Below, one piece after another: positions 49,492-59,185 of a DNA stretch of 64,000 bases. Position 1 is the first letter of the stretch, and each line of letters begins with the position of its first letter. Origin of the DNA: a virus (lineage: Duplodnaviria > Caudoviricetes); the IMG/VR virus record IMGVR_UViG_3300042507_005041, positions 1-64,000 of that record; one strand, given 5' to 3'. Made by a program: the position numbers and the translations under genes. The notes under the pieces are model-generated. The model was not told where the DNA came from, did no database searches, and saw only the letters and a program-made list of their open reading frames with translations.

Positions 49492-49983
49492 TTAGATAGT
49501 TGTTGTGCGTGAAGCACGTTTGGTTTCAGACCAGTTGTTAAATTTAACAATATAAGGTTTTACTTTAATGTAAGCATTTCTGGTAAACCAGATGGGAAAA
49601 GTAATAAACCTAATAAGTGAATAAATTAACTTAGCGAGGTCTGATAAAGCTACGCTCCATTTGTCGTAGTTTTCTTTAGCATTTTTCTTGAGGTGGTTGA
49701 ATTGACTACCACCACGAGCCTTAGCAGAAGGACTATCATAATTCCAGTAAAGGAATTGATAGCCGGGAACTGATAAGATAGTTGAGATAACGCCAGCGCC
49801 CATGGCAACAAGGCCACCGGCACCAAAGGCGATACCCATAACAAATGAAATTACTAAAGAGTTCAACAAGTTGAACAGTGGACTCTTTGCTGATAGCCTA
49901 CGCCAAGCTGGGACCTTGGCAGCGATCATCAATTCGAGGGCACATGAAGTTAGTGCCAGAATGATCATCATAGTTAATAACAT
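49492..49983 (-). CDS. Membrane protein
   Basis: Several hydrophobic helices; AGGAG RBS. Confidence 0.75.
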   Translation of the reverse strand: MLLTMMIILALTSCALELMIAAKVPAWRRLSAKSPLFNLLNSLVISFVMGIAFGAGGLVAMGAGVISTILSVPGYQFLYWNYDSPSAKARGGSQFNHLKKNAKENYDKWSVALSDLAKLIYSLIRFITFPIWFTRNAYIKVKPYIVKFNNWSETKRASRTTTI

Positions 49984-50199
49984 ATTTAATTCTCCTGTGT
50001 ATGTAAGTTGTCTTTTATTTTGTAAAAACTATTTCTTTTTAGATGGAATTAAACAAATAGCATATATAACAACGATTGAAACCATTATTAGTTCTATGAT
50101 CAATGTAAGAGGCATTGGGTACTCCTTTTGTATTTGATAAAGTGTGGATAAATGTGACATTTCCCTTCTATTTTGTACGAACAAAAAAAGTTGTATTAC

Positions 50200-50239
50200 A
50201 AACGAAAAACCGGGGACTTGCGTCCCCGGCTCTCGTTTG
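50200..50239 (-). terminator. Intrinsic terminator
   Basis: CCGGGGAC/GTCCCCGG stem followed by a U-tract on the minus strand. Confidence 0.75.
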
Positions 50240-50266
50240 TTGTGACTGTTAGATTTAACTTACCAC

Positions 50267-50611
50267 TCAGTTGGTAAGCATTACCCAAAGGTCATACATT
50301 TTTGTGTCTTCGTTGAAAAGTGAAGACGATGATACGCAGAGATTGTCTTTCTTAGCACGGCTGTAGAATGACAGTCTAAGCGACTCAAGCTGCTTCTTGT
50401 TGGTGATGGGTACATTGACATGAGCCCATACGTTGCGGTTAACAAGGAGCTGTGAGTACATGTTAGTGATTACTGGGTTTGCACGGCGTCCTCTGCCAGA
50501 GTTGACTGGTGGTTCACCTTTGATGAACGTCAGCAACTTGGTAGGTTCTGCAACTGCAAACTTACGTGGATTGTTCATGATTTGAGTTTCGATACTCTCG
50601 ATAATAGCCAT
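50267..50611 (-). CDS. Hypothetical protein (GRGR motif)
   Basis: AAGGAG RBS; 114 aa. Confidence 0.75.
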   Translation of the reverse strand: MAIIESIETQIMNNPRKFAVAEPTKLLTFIKGEPPVNSGRGRRANPVITNMYSQLLVNRNVWAHVNVPITNKKQLESLRLSFYSRAKKDNLCVSSSSLFNEDTKMYDLWVMLTN

Positions 50612-50660
50612 TGCTATTCTCCTTATTTAAGAATTGACAATTGTCAAACTTTTGTAGATA

Positions 50661-51536
50661 CTACACTCTTGCTTTGATGTTCCAGTTTAATAGTCTTCCA
50701 CTTGAAAAGTGTAAGATCCAGCTGGCAAATAAAGCGTTAACTGCTGGGTTCATTAGATCTTTAGGTTCATAACCAAATTGTTCTCTTAATGTTTTAAACC
50801 ATGAAGAGTTGATTTGTAGTAGACCTGAGTCATATGACCCATTAGAGTTGAGTGTCCAAACTATTTTGCCATTTTCCCAAATTGCGTTGACAGCTCCAGG
50901 ATTACATCTGGATTCACGCCAAGCAATATAAGAAAAGACTTTAGTTGGAAGAGCATACTTCTTAAAGGTTTCCTCAAACTGAGGACAGTAGAACTGTTCA
51001 CCTACAGGAAGCTTGACTCTTAGTGTGGTATTTTTTTTAGCTTTGAGATAGGTATTGTTTTTAACACAACCCCATCCATTGAAGCCAACGGCTGGACGAT
51101 AGAATGGCTTATTGTTAAGCCTATCTTCTAAGGTTCTGAACTCATTGGTTTGCCAGCCAAATACCGCAATGCGGTTAGCCACAACGATCTGTTGAAGAAC
51201 AGTCGCTTTGGAAGGATGAGAAGCAAATTGTTTGCCACCATAGCCTTCCCATGTGGATCTAGCAATTCCAAGTCCACCGCCCCAATTGCCTCCGTCTTGC
51301 CAATTCTGGCCAGTCTCGCATTGGGCTACCTTCTTCCAATACTTAATGGACGGTCCCATTTTAAATTTGACCGTTTTCCATTTAGTAGGAGTAGTGGGTA
51401 GGGTGGTACTTCGGGGCTCGGAAGATGACTCCGAGACACCTCCAACATCTGTAGCAGATGCTTGAATTGCTGTTGCTGGAATTACACCAGCTATTGCCAC
51501 CATGAGTGACAATAATATATTTCGTATGTTGCGCAT
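50661..51536 (-). CDS. Secreted protein with Rpf-like transglycosylase and SLT-like lysozyme domains
   Basis: W..VAQCETG.NW, GGLG, TW..YGG, A....QI.VA; second domain RESRC.P.A.N...D.GL.QIN. Confidence 0.88.
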   Translation of the reverse strand: MRNIRNILLSLMVAIAGVIPATAIQASATDVGGVSESSSEPRSTTLPTTPTKWKTVKFKMGPSIKYWKKVAQCETGQNWQDGGNWGGGLGIARSTWEGYGGKQFASHPSKATVLQQIVVANRIAVFGWQTNEFRTLEDRLNNKPFYRPAVGFNGWGCVKNNTYLKAKKNTTLRVKLPVGEQFYCPQFEETFKKYALPTKVFSYIAWRESRCNPGAVNAIWENGKIVWTLNSNGSYDSGLLQINSSWFKTLREQFGYEPKDLMNPAVNALFASWILHFSSGRLLNWNIKARV

Positions 51537-51975
51537 GGTATCGCTCCTTTCGTGTGGGTTTGAGACTTACGTCTCATTAGCAAACGCGCAGGTTGCGAAA
51601 CCGAAGATTGCACGGACAAATACGAGATGCCCGTAACATTGGCAGGATTGCCTCTCCGACTTCGTAGATATGACTATCTATTTAGGTTAGGGATGTTTCC
51701 CCTGCCCATTGTATGTGGGCATAGTATATTATATCATGTTTTTTGTAGTGTGGTTGTTTATTCAACAGTTTCTTCCTCCAGTTATAGACCGATGGTCTGT
51801 TAATGGAAAAAGGAATACATACTCTTAAAGAGTGATCCCCCGGAGAACCACTGGTGGGCGATTCCCGGGGGATAAACACTAAGACATTGTACTCCTGCGC
51901 CTCGTAATATTTTATCACGATCCTAAGATAGTACCGTTAAATTAAAATATCACTCAGTTTTAGAAGACTTTAAAA

Positions 51976-52224
51976 TTACTGGATGTCGTCAAATGTCATA
52001 CTGTTATTGCTGTCTTGGCCAGCAGAGTTAGACATAGGTGGATGAATTTTATATACGCCTCTACGAACTTGAGAGAATCGAGAAGGATTCTTTCGGATGT
52101 AGAGATAAACGTTTTGAACAGTGCAGTCAACTTCTTGTGCAAGCTGAGCAACAGTAACTTCAGTTCCATCGTTGTACTTGGAATTGATGAGCTGTTCAAT
52201 CGCATTTGTTTTTCCTCTTGGCAT
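51976..52224 (-). CDS. HTH DNA-binding protein
   Basis: TVAQLAQEV.CT.QNVY.YI...RGVY. Confidence 0.75.
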   Translation of the reverse strand: MPRGKTNAIEQLINSKYNDGTEVTVAQLAQEVDCTVQNVYLYIRKNPSRFSQVRRGVYKIHPPMSNSAGQDSNNSMTFDDIQ

Positions 52225-52411
52225 TTTGATACTCCTCTATGAGGTTATTTTTCTGATATGGTGGATATATAAAGATATATAATAAAACCTAATAAATAGG
52301 GTGTATATCTAAAATATCTTTAATTTTTTAGATACCACTATTACAAACATATAGAATATATAGTATTAAAAGCTGGAAAGGTGTATAAATACGGGGGTGT
52401 AACAAAAATTG

Positions 52412-53654
52412 TTAAGTTAAGACGATTCCTCGAGTTTCACAAAGAACCTGAAAAGCTTCTTTGATGTTGTCGAAGGATTCGTGAAGAGACTTGAGTCCCT
52501 CATAAAGAGACTGCAAGTTGTCTTGGTTGGAAGGTACAAGAGGTTGAAGCAGGATAGCTTGGTGGTACTTTTTAAATACATCTTCAAAGCTTGATAGTAT
52601 GTTAAGATACTCAGCTTCTAGCTTCATACCTTCTTTGGTTAGTTCTGGGGAACTCATAATAATCTACTGCCTTTATAAAATAAAAAGGATGAACCAGCCT
52701 TGACCAGTGTGCTGGTAGGCCAAGGCTAGTTCCACTTAAGCTTCCACTACAATGTGACACTGAGAAGGGTGTGAACTCAGGAGCTAAATAAGGAGGGTGT
52801 ATGTAGCTCTATTGTAGTTTTAGGCTTGAATGTTTCCTAGGGTTTTTTAAGAACTATACAGTTCTATAGTGTCTAATATATCATCGATCTTTTGGATCGT
52901 GTGTTTAATCATTTGTTCGTCTTCTGTCTTATTGTTAGAATAAAAGGCGTTCGTGAGGATCAGTTTTAAAGAAGCTTGATGGGATAACAGAGCTTTGTTT
53001 ATGATTTGTACTGATTCAGAATCGCGGAAAAATGATATGGGTGTACGTAATACGGGTATGTCTGTTTGGTCTATATTGTTCATTATAACTCTCTAATCAT
53101 GCCAAATTCGCGCGATTATTTTTTTTAAAATGGATCTACTGACGTATATTCTGATTGAATCGCATAGAATTGGGTAAGGGCTGGAAGTACTCTTTGATCT
53201 AACCACTGGGTCTGTTTCAAGAACATCTTGATAACATCTCCATTAGCTTCTGTGAACCATTGGGTAGGATCAAATGACTGGAGTGTCGTAGCTAAAGTAT
53301 AGGCTACTTGTCGCCAATCCGTTTCCGGATCGCCGGACAAATAATCTGAGATATCTACGTCTGTCATACGGGTACGACTCTTTCGTTAGTAGGGGTAATA
53401 TATAGATACAGGATGTATGCCATAAGGAGACTAGCCGTGGCCATGCCTAGGGTTGTGTATAGAGCAGCTGATGTCATTCCGTTTGAGACGAGGAATGCTA
53501 CTACTGGTAGGGTAATAAATAGATCGAGAATGAGGTCGCCGGCAAGAAAACCAAGTGTAAGGATTCTAAGCTTTCTAAGGAAATCTTTATCTTTAACTTT
53601 GTTATTAATCTTACCTAGGATGCGTCCAATAGATCTACAATACTTCTTTAACAT
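52412..53654 (-). CDS. Small hypothetical ORFs (52412-52657, 52847-53083, 53125-53367, 53364-53654 membrane)
   Basis: Co-oriented ORFs. Confidence 0.6.
52746..52818 (-). ncRNA. Two-hairpin small RNA with anti-SD loops
   Basis: Closing ACTACAAT/ATTGTAGT; minus-strand loops CATACACCCTCCTTATT and TTCACACCCTT. Confidence 0.55.
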
Positions 53655-53798
53655 GCTATGTCTTTCGTAAGGGGGATAATGTCTTAATCTTTTCTTTTAT
53701 ATAATCTATGATTGATGAGGCATAATAAGGGGATAGTTATGTTGGGGATATGTTTCTATATATGGGGAATAATATAATAAGATATCCCCAGGTAGGGG

Positions 53799-53816
53799 TG
53801 TGGATAATGTGGATAA
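53799..53816. promoter_or_regulatory. Two tandem perfect DnaA boxes in an AT-rich intergenic region
   Basis: TGTGGATAA-TGTGGATAA is the reverse complement of TTATCCACA twice. Confidence 0.6.
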
Positions 53817-54103
53817 GTATAACCTTGTATATGTTTTGTATGGGTTCCCCCCTGCAAAAGGTCAACTTTTATGTTTCTATTAACAAAAAAGGTTAACCTC
53901 TGAGGCAAAAAGTATCTATGAAGGTATACCTATAGAGTTGTATATTACCTCTATGCATAGGTAAATAGGATGTTTTTTAGTGCGGCGATTCTCGCCCTAG
54001 AATTAAAAAATATAATATTATTTTATTCATAGGGGCCAACGGAAAAAGCCGGAGTAGGTGACCACCATACCTACTACCGGCTTATCCTGCCCGCTAGACT
54101 TGT

Positions 54104-54319
54104 TCACACTTTCAGTGTTATATCGTACATTCTTTTAAAATCTCTTCTCATTGGATGTAGAGCTGACTCTGTTCCGTGAGTGATGTACATTGGGCCTTTA
54201 ATTGTCGGAGGGGGGACAATCTTGTAAACGCCCGACTTGGCTCTTTCAACTGTAAATCCTAACCGGGTTAATTCAGTCAGGACTTTCTTCATTGCTGAGG
54301 ATTGGTGTTGCCGAGGCAT
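54104..54319 (-). CDS. HicA-like small basic protein
   Basis: L...GF.V.R.KSG.YK..PP......H.T.S. Confidence 0.55.
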   Translation of the reverse strand: MPRQHQSSAMKKVLTELTRLGFTVERAKSGVYKIVPPPTIKGPMYITHGTESALHPMRRDFKRMYDITLKV

Positions 54320-54529
54320 AGTCTTGATATTCTCCTTGGTGTGTGTCTAATGCTGACGGTATAACTATATCAGTTGTTTCGCTGGCATGCAACACCTAGC
54401 GGATAATATTTCGCTCGAATCGATGTTAAAATTGTCATTTTAAATTGGGCGATTCTCGCTCTATAGGAAAAAATAAAAAGAACAATGTATACACCACATT
54501 GGATGCATACACTGTTCTTATTTATGATT

Positions 54530-54987
54530 TTAATTAAAGGTAATAGGTCGTTCTCTAACGAATCGAATACGCTTAGATTGTATGAGCTTGTCAACACAAT
54601 CGTCACAGATGATTGCTGCGTATTCATTCAAGTCAAAGACTGAGCCGTAGTCACCATGGATGAACACACCGCACGCACCATCGAGGTTAGTGGTCGAATC
54701 GTTATCCACAAGTTTTTCTTTCCAGAGGTATAGAACAGCTTTCTCACAGATCATACATGGCGTTAGTGGTGGCCTAGCCATTACTTTCTACCTTCTAACA
54801 ACTTACCAAGGTGGTTGATTGCATTTTCTGTGACTACTGGGTCATTCATTTGAAGACTTGCGTAGATGGTTTCAAGAAACTTGTAAAGTGTTTCCTTGCT
54901 GGTTTTGTATGTGTCGAGTACAAGCTTGTAGCTTTCAATCAGCTCTTGTTGCTTTGTAATGATTTCTGATTCTGTTAGTGTGGACAT
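54530..54987 (-). CDS. Two small ORFs (54530-54781 Zn finger; 54781-54987 coiled coil)
   Basis: CMIC...GDYGS.FD....ICDDC; AAGGAG RBS on the second. Confidence 0.7.
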
Positions 54988-55259
54988 GTGTGCTCCTTGT
55001 TTTTTTTTTGTATGAATAAAAAAATATTTATATGTGTTTATATAGATCTTGAGTGGTATACTGATAGAACATTACGTGTAGGCATACCAGCTACACTATT
55101 TTATGCCAGTTATCTATCAATCTGGACACGTCATTTCACTTACTACGATGCATTCTGTAATAAGATATCTCCTATTACCAACATAGTTGTTGTAGCCACC
55201 TGTCGCGAGCAGATGTTTCGGACACGTGCAGCCCGCATGGTTGGTGTAAATTAAAAGAT

Positions 55260-55620
55260 AATCATTCAACTATAAGTGTTTCATGTCCAAAAAACTATAT
55301 GTACTTTGTCGTTCTAAGATCTCCTTAGACACCATGCTTATAGCTAAATGATTATCCTAGTGGGTGTGATAGGATTCGAACCTACTCATGTACTTGTTGT
55401 TTCCCGCCAAGGCACAACGCGTCTACCCTCCAGGCACCCGTGGTAGCATATTTGATTAGAATTGTCTCCATATGCTAGGGAGATATTTAAGTTACCGCTA
55501 ATCATGCGGGTTGGTATCGTCGGTTAGGACATTCTTGCATACCAGCAAAAGGATTTTCCCCACTAACCGTGCGGGTGGTCAGTTTAGCGACGTGACCAGG
55601 TCGTTTCCTAGGAGGAAAGG
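55260..55620 (-). ncRNA. Hairpin cluster including a degenerate tRNA-like element at 55361-55439
   Basis: T-arm GTAGG-TTCGAAT-CCTAT with partial acceptor GGGTG/CACCC; long stem 55260-55353; further hairpins. Confidence 0.45.
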
Positions 55621-55621
55621 G

Positions 55622-56623
55622 TTAGAATGGATCTTCTTCTGACTTTGCGTCTGAAGAAACCACGCTTGTCTGTTCTGCAACAGCTGAGTTGGACCAAAGA
55701 TCGCAAGCAACATTCTCACCATTGACTGCAAGAGTAAAGCGACCACAAGGTGCATTTACTGGGTCATAGGTATTCTGAGGTGTTTGCGAGTTGTTCTTCT
55801 CAACCTTGATACGCTGCTGTGAACCGGACCAGTTAGAAGCCCACTGACGTGAAAGTGCAAGGAGATCCTTACGCTTCTCTTCTGCTTCTTTCACCTTTGC
55901 CTGTGGGAGCTCACTGATCTTTTGACCCAAGATATGGGCTTCAAGACGCAACGAGTATACACGCTGGAAGGTATCTACTGCAGCATCGACCAAGTTCAAG
56001 AAACCTTGACCTGTGCGAGACTTTTCGCGGTTGGTAGTACCAAGCTCGAATGCAGTAACTGGAACACCGGTCTGGTGCTGATATGCAGCAACAATACGAC
56101 CTGGATTCTTGATGCCACTTGTGACGTCAACTGCTCCTGCGGTACGGAATGCATTGATTGCATGCTTGATGCCTTCTTCTGAAGCACCGAACTGCTGGAA
56201 GAACAATGGCATACCAGCTGAGTAGTTCATACCCATTGCAGCAAGCGACTCTTCGAACTTTGAACGCTCGACAGAATCACCAACGAATGCATGCAAGAGG
56301 TCAATGAGACTCATCTTATTGCCGTCGATTGTGACAAACACGTCAAGCTTGACAGGGTTCATAACGCCGGTAACGAGGAGGTATTCCTTGCCGGTGTATG
56401 GGCTTGCTTGACGAAGAACGGACAAACGTGACAAAGAAGCTTCACGCAAGGTAACTTCTGCAGGAACTTCGACGCCATTGACGGTGCCGGTGAACTTGAC
56501 AGTCTTACCGAGAGCAAGCGACTGAGTACGTGCTACTGACTGGAGGTTGTCGATATTCTCAGCGATTGCAGAGAAAAGATCACCAGAAAGGCCGAACTTG
56601 TCGAGGATGGATGGATTGGACAT
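55622..56623 (-). CDS. Hypothetical protein with an acidic EEDPF tip (SSB/annealing-protein-like tail)
   Basis: 333 aa; AGGAG RBS. Confidence 0.75.
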   Translation of the reverse strand: MSNPSILDKFGLSGDLFSAIAENIDNLQSVARTQSLALGKTVKFTGTVNGVEVPAEVTLREASLSRLSVLRQASPYTGKEYLLVTGVMNPVKLDVFVTIDGNKMSLIDLLHAFVGDSVERSKFEESLAAMGMNYSAGMPLFFQQFGASEEGIKHAINAFRTAGAVDVTSGIKNPGRIVAAYQHQTGVPVTAFELGTTNREKSRTGQGFLNLVDAAVDTFQRVYSLRLEAHILGQKISELPQAKVKEAEEKRKDLLALSRQWASNWSGSQQRIKVEKNNSQTPQNTYDPVNAPCGRFTLAVNGENVACDLWSNSAVAEQTSVVSSDAKSEEDPF

Positions 56624-56723
56624 GTGGATTATCTCCTATTTATTATTGATGTATTTGGTTTGTGTGCTATGTGATAAAAGGTATATATATTTTTATACCT
56701 TTATTTTTGTAGTTACCGCTGAA

Positions 56724-58445
56724 TTATGCTTCAGGGGCCGTTTCAGAGGCCGGCGATGATTCCGTTTCCTCTTCTTCTGCTGGACGTACTTCGCGATAAC
56801 CTTCTGCAATTGCTGTTACGAGTGTCTTTGTGACGCTGGTTGTTGCATTAGGTGTTGCTTTGATAGTGTCCACAGTCTTTTCTGTGATGATGCCAGTTGC
56901 AGAGATTGTCTTGGCGGTCATTTTGCCAAGGAACTTTGCAGCTTTTGCTGTTGCGGGCTTCTTTTCTGTTTTCATTTCTTATTTCTTTCTTGTTAGTATG
57001 TGTCGTTGTTGCTACCAGGAAGTAGCATTTCTAATAGTGCTGAGAGCAAATCTGCTATCCAGTCAAACATAATTATCCTTTCCCTTCTATTTTGTGTTTA
57101 ATTGTTTAAGAACAAAAAAAAGATAGGGATGACCCTAATCGCGCCAACGACTAGGAAGGTTTCCTGAGCCATTGGAGCGATTAAAGTTCACCATTATGTA
57201 CACTGATAGCATGAATGCGTAACATGTTACGAATCCAAGCATGAACATTGCCATTGTTATACCAGATCCAATTCGTATAATTGCGTGTGCTTGTTATACC
57301 ATTCGACCATAGTGGTTGAGTGTTCACGCAAACGCTTAGAGTGTTCAATGTTATAGTTGACGCATTCTTTGAAGTATGCAGTGCCATCCATAAGTTGAAT
57401 ATTTACGCGATTGTAAAGGCTGTGGTCAATGATCATGAGAACATTTGAGTCCATGTTGACTCGGATATATGCTTGACCACCGTTATGGTGATACAAGCGA
57501 TTCTCCTTGGCAGCAAGATCGATAAGTTCTAATGATTGCATGTATGTAATTTCAGTCATGATTATTTCCTTTTGAAGTATGATTCGCGTGCCCAGTTGCC
57601 GGTGTAAAGACCGACGACAAAGAACACTGTTGTAATTCCAGCAATAATGTGCTTACGCATTTGTTTTCTCCTTGTTGTTATAGTGGTTATAGATGTTCAT
57701 AAACTCATCGCTGGGTTCATGTGGTTTGACTTCTTCTTTCTTTTTGTCATCTTCAAGCCAGGCGATAAGAGCCATAGCTAGAAAGAATCCAGCGGAAAGC
57801 CAGTTCAATCTGTTGTTGATAACTTTTAGTGCTTTCATTTGTTTTCTCCTTGAAGTTGTAGTTTCATTTGTGCGTTTAGGTTTTCAAAAGAAACTACAAA
57901 TAGATTTCCATGTGATTGGTCCATTTGTAGGATCATTTCATCAGCTGTGCCGTAGTTGATGATTGTGCTTGTTTCAAAATCAACTAAATACATAGTTGTT
58001 TCTTTATTAGATGTGGACATGATATTCTCCTTGTTTGCCCTTCTATTTAGAAGGAATTTGATAGTCTAGGTAAAAAAAACATAACACCAATGTGAGTGGC
58101 CGGCGAAAGGGGTAAACCGACCACCCACAAAGGGAGGTGTCATGCAAATTTAGTTCATACCTCTCCAAAGCATCCAGCCAATAGCTAAGATGATTGGAAG
58201 TATGAGAAAGAGTGGGACGAGATCGTACATCACCGCCAAGAACCTGTGATAACCATTTCTTGGATAGTGGATTGACGCTCGATGTAGGTATCACCAACTG
58301 GTGAGATCCAACTTACGATGGGATCAACGATTGCACTTGCAATGTCGATTTTTACTTGGGCGTCACCAATAAGGTCACGCAAACGGATGTTGTTTTGGGT
58401 TTGGGTTGCGAGCGTCATAACATTCTCCTTGTATAGGTAGCTCAT
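56724..58445 (-). CDS. Small early ORFs (56724-56975, 57257-57559, 57653-57838, 57835-58020, 58230-58418)
   Basis: Co-oriented; most have AGGA/AAGGAG RBS. Confidence 0.65.
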
Positions 58446-58601
58446 TTGGGTTTATCCCTTCTATTTTGAGGGAATTCTCTTTTGTACGAACTTTAGAAGC
58501 TCGGCCAAAAATAAAAAAGTCTAAAGACTAGGTAGAAAAGGGGGGGCCTGATGACCTGCACCGAAGTACAGGCCACCAGGCAAGGGAGTTGTGGTAGGAA
58601 C

Positions 58602-59024
58602 TCAGAACATTAAGTCGCTGTTCGTTTCACCGAGCAGTTTCCGCAGTTCGTTACTCACAGACAGGGTGCCCTTGAGTGTGGTCAGTTCGGATGGACCATC
58701 AGCCCAGACAGAAGCCTGAAGTGATGTGACAAGCTCTCCATGACGGTTGATGTAGGAGTTCTCCTTGGGCTCGGTGATCACGACTGCGTCACATGCAACG
58801 ACCAGCTTAGAACCGAACTTCTTGCAAGCGTTGAAATACGTGGTGAAGTCTTCGAGTTGGTTTTCAAAGACTTGCATCGTGAAGGTGTCGACTCCTTTGG
58901 CGTTAGCTTGTTCGAGGATTGACTTGGACAGGCCAACAAGGACCGTGTAGAACACAGATCCGTCCTTCTTGGTGTTGGCTTTTGGTGCGGTGTTCACGTA
59001 AATGAACTTCTTGGATGTGGACAT
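58602..59024 (-). CDS. Beta-rich (possibly OB-fold) protein, paralog of 61721-62146
   Basis: Y.NTAPKAN...DG.VFYTVLVG shared; AGGAGG RBS. Confidence 0.8.
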   Translation of the reverse strand: MSTSKKFIYVNTAPKANTKKDGSVFYTVLVGLSKSILEQANAKGVDTFTMQVFENQLEDFTTYFNACKKFGSKLVVACDAVVITEPKENSYINRHGELVTSLQASVWADGPSELTTLKGTLSVSNELRKLLGETNSDLMF

Positions 59025-59185
59025 GATTTGACCTCCTAGGTCGGTAGTTGTGGGAAGGTGATCTCCCTTCTATTTCGACGATTGTGCCTACTTTAGAAGG
59101 GAATGATTGGGCCGTTTTGTCATTAGACCTGCACTCATTCAAATTTAGAAGAGTGCTATAATAATTATTAGGTTGTTTGTCCTCC

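Larger units (their letters stand above)
46193..59075 (-). promoter_or_regulatory. Dispersed AAATAGAAGGG motif upstream of minus-strand genes
   Basis: Plus-strand CCCTTCTATTT at 50163, 57082, 58038, 58456 and 59065; one-mismatch copy at 46193; all intergenic. Confidence 0.75.

Noticed and set aside
51540-51680. c-di-AMP (ydaO) riboswitch or hammerhead ribozyme
   Set aside because: ydaO consensus segments not found; CTAATGA-hairpin is not followed by GAAA
54702-54710. Additional TTATCCACA DnaA box
   Set aside because: Single copy inside a coding sequence; compatible with chance
58043-58297. 84-aa ORF
   Set aside because: Overlaps strong hairpins, a promoter-like motif and the end of the preceding gene; more likely non-coding
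58547-58581. Hammerhead-like CTGATGA
   Set aside because: Lies within a simple terminator-like hairpin with no GAAA core
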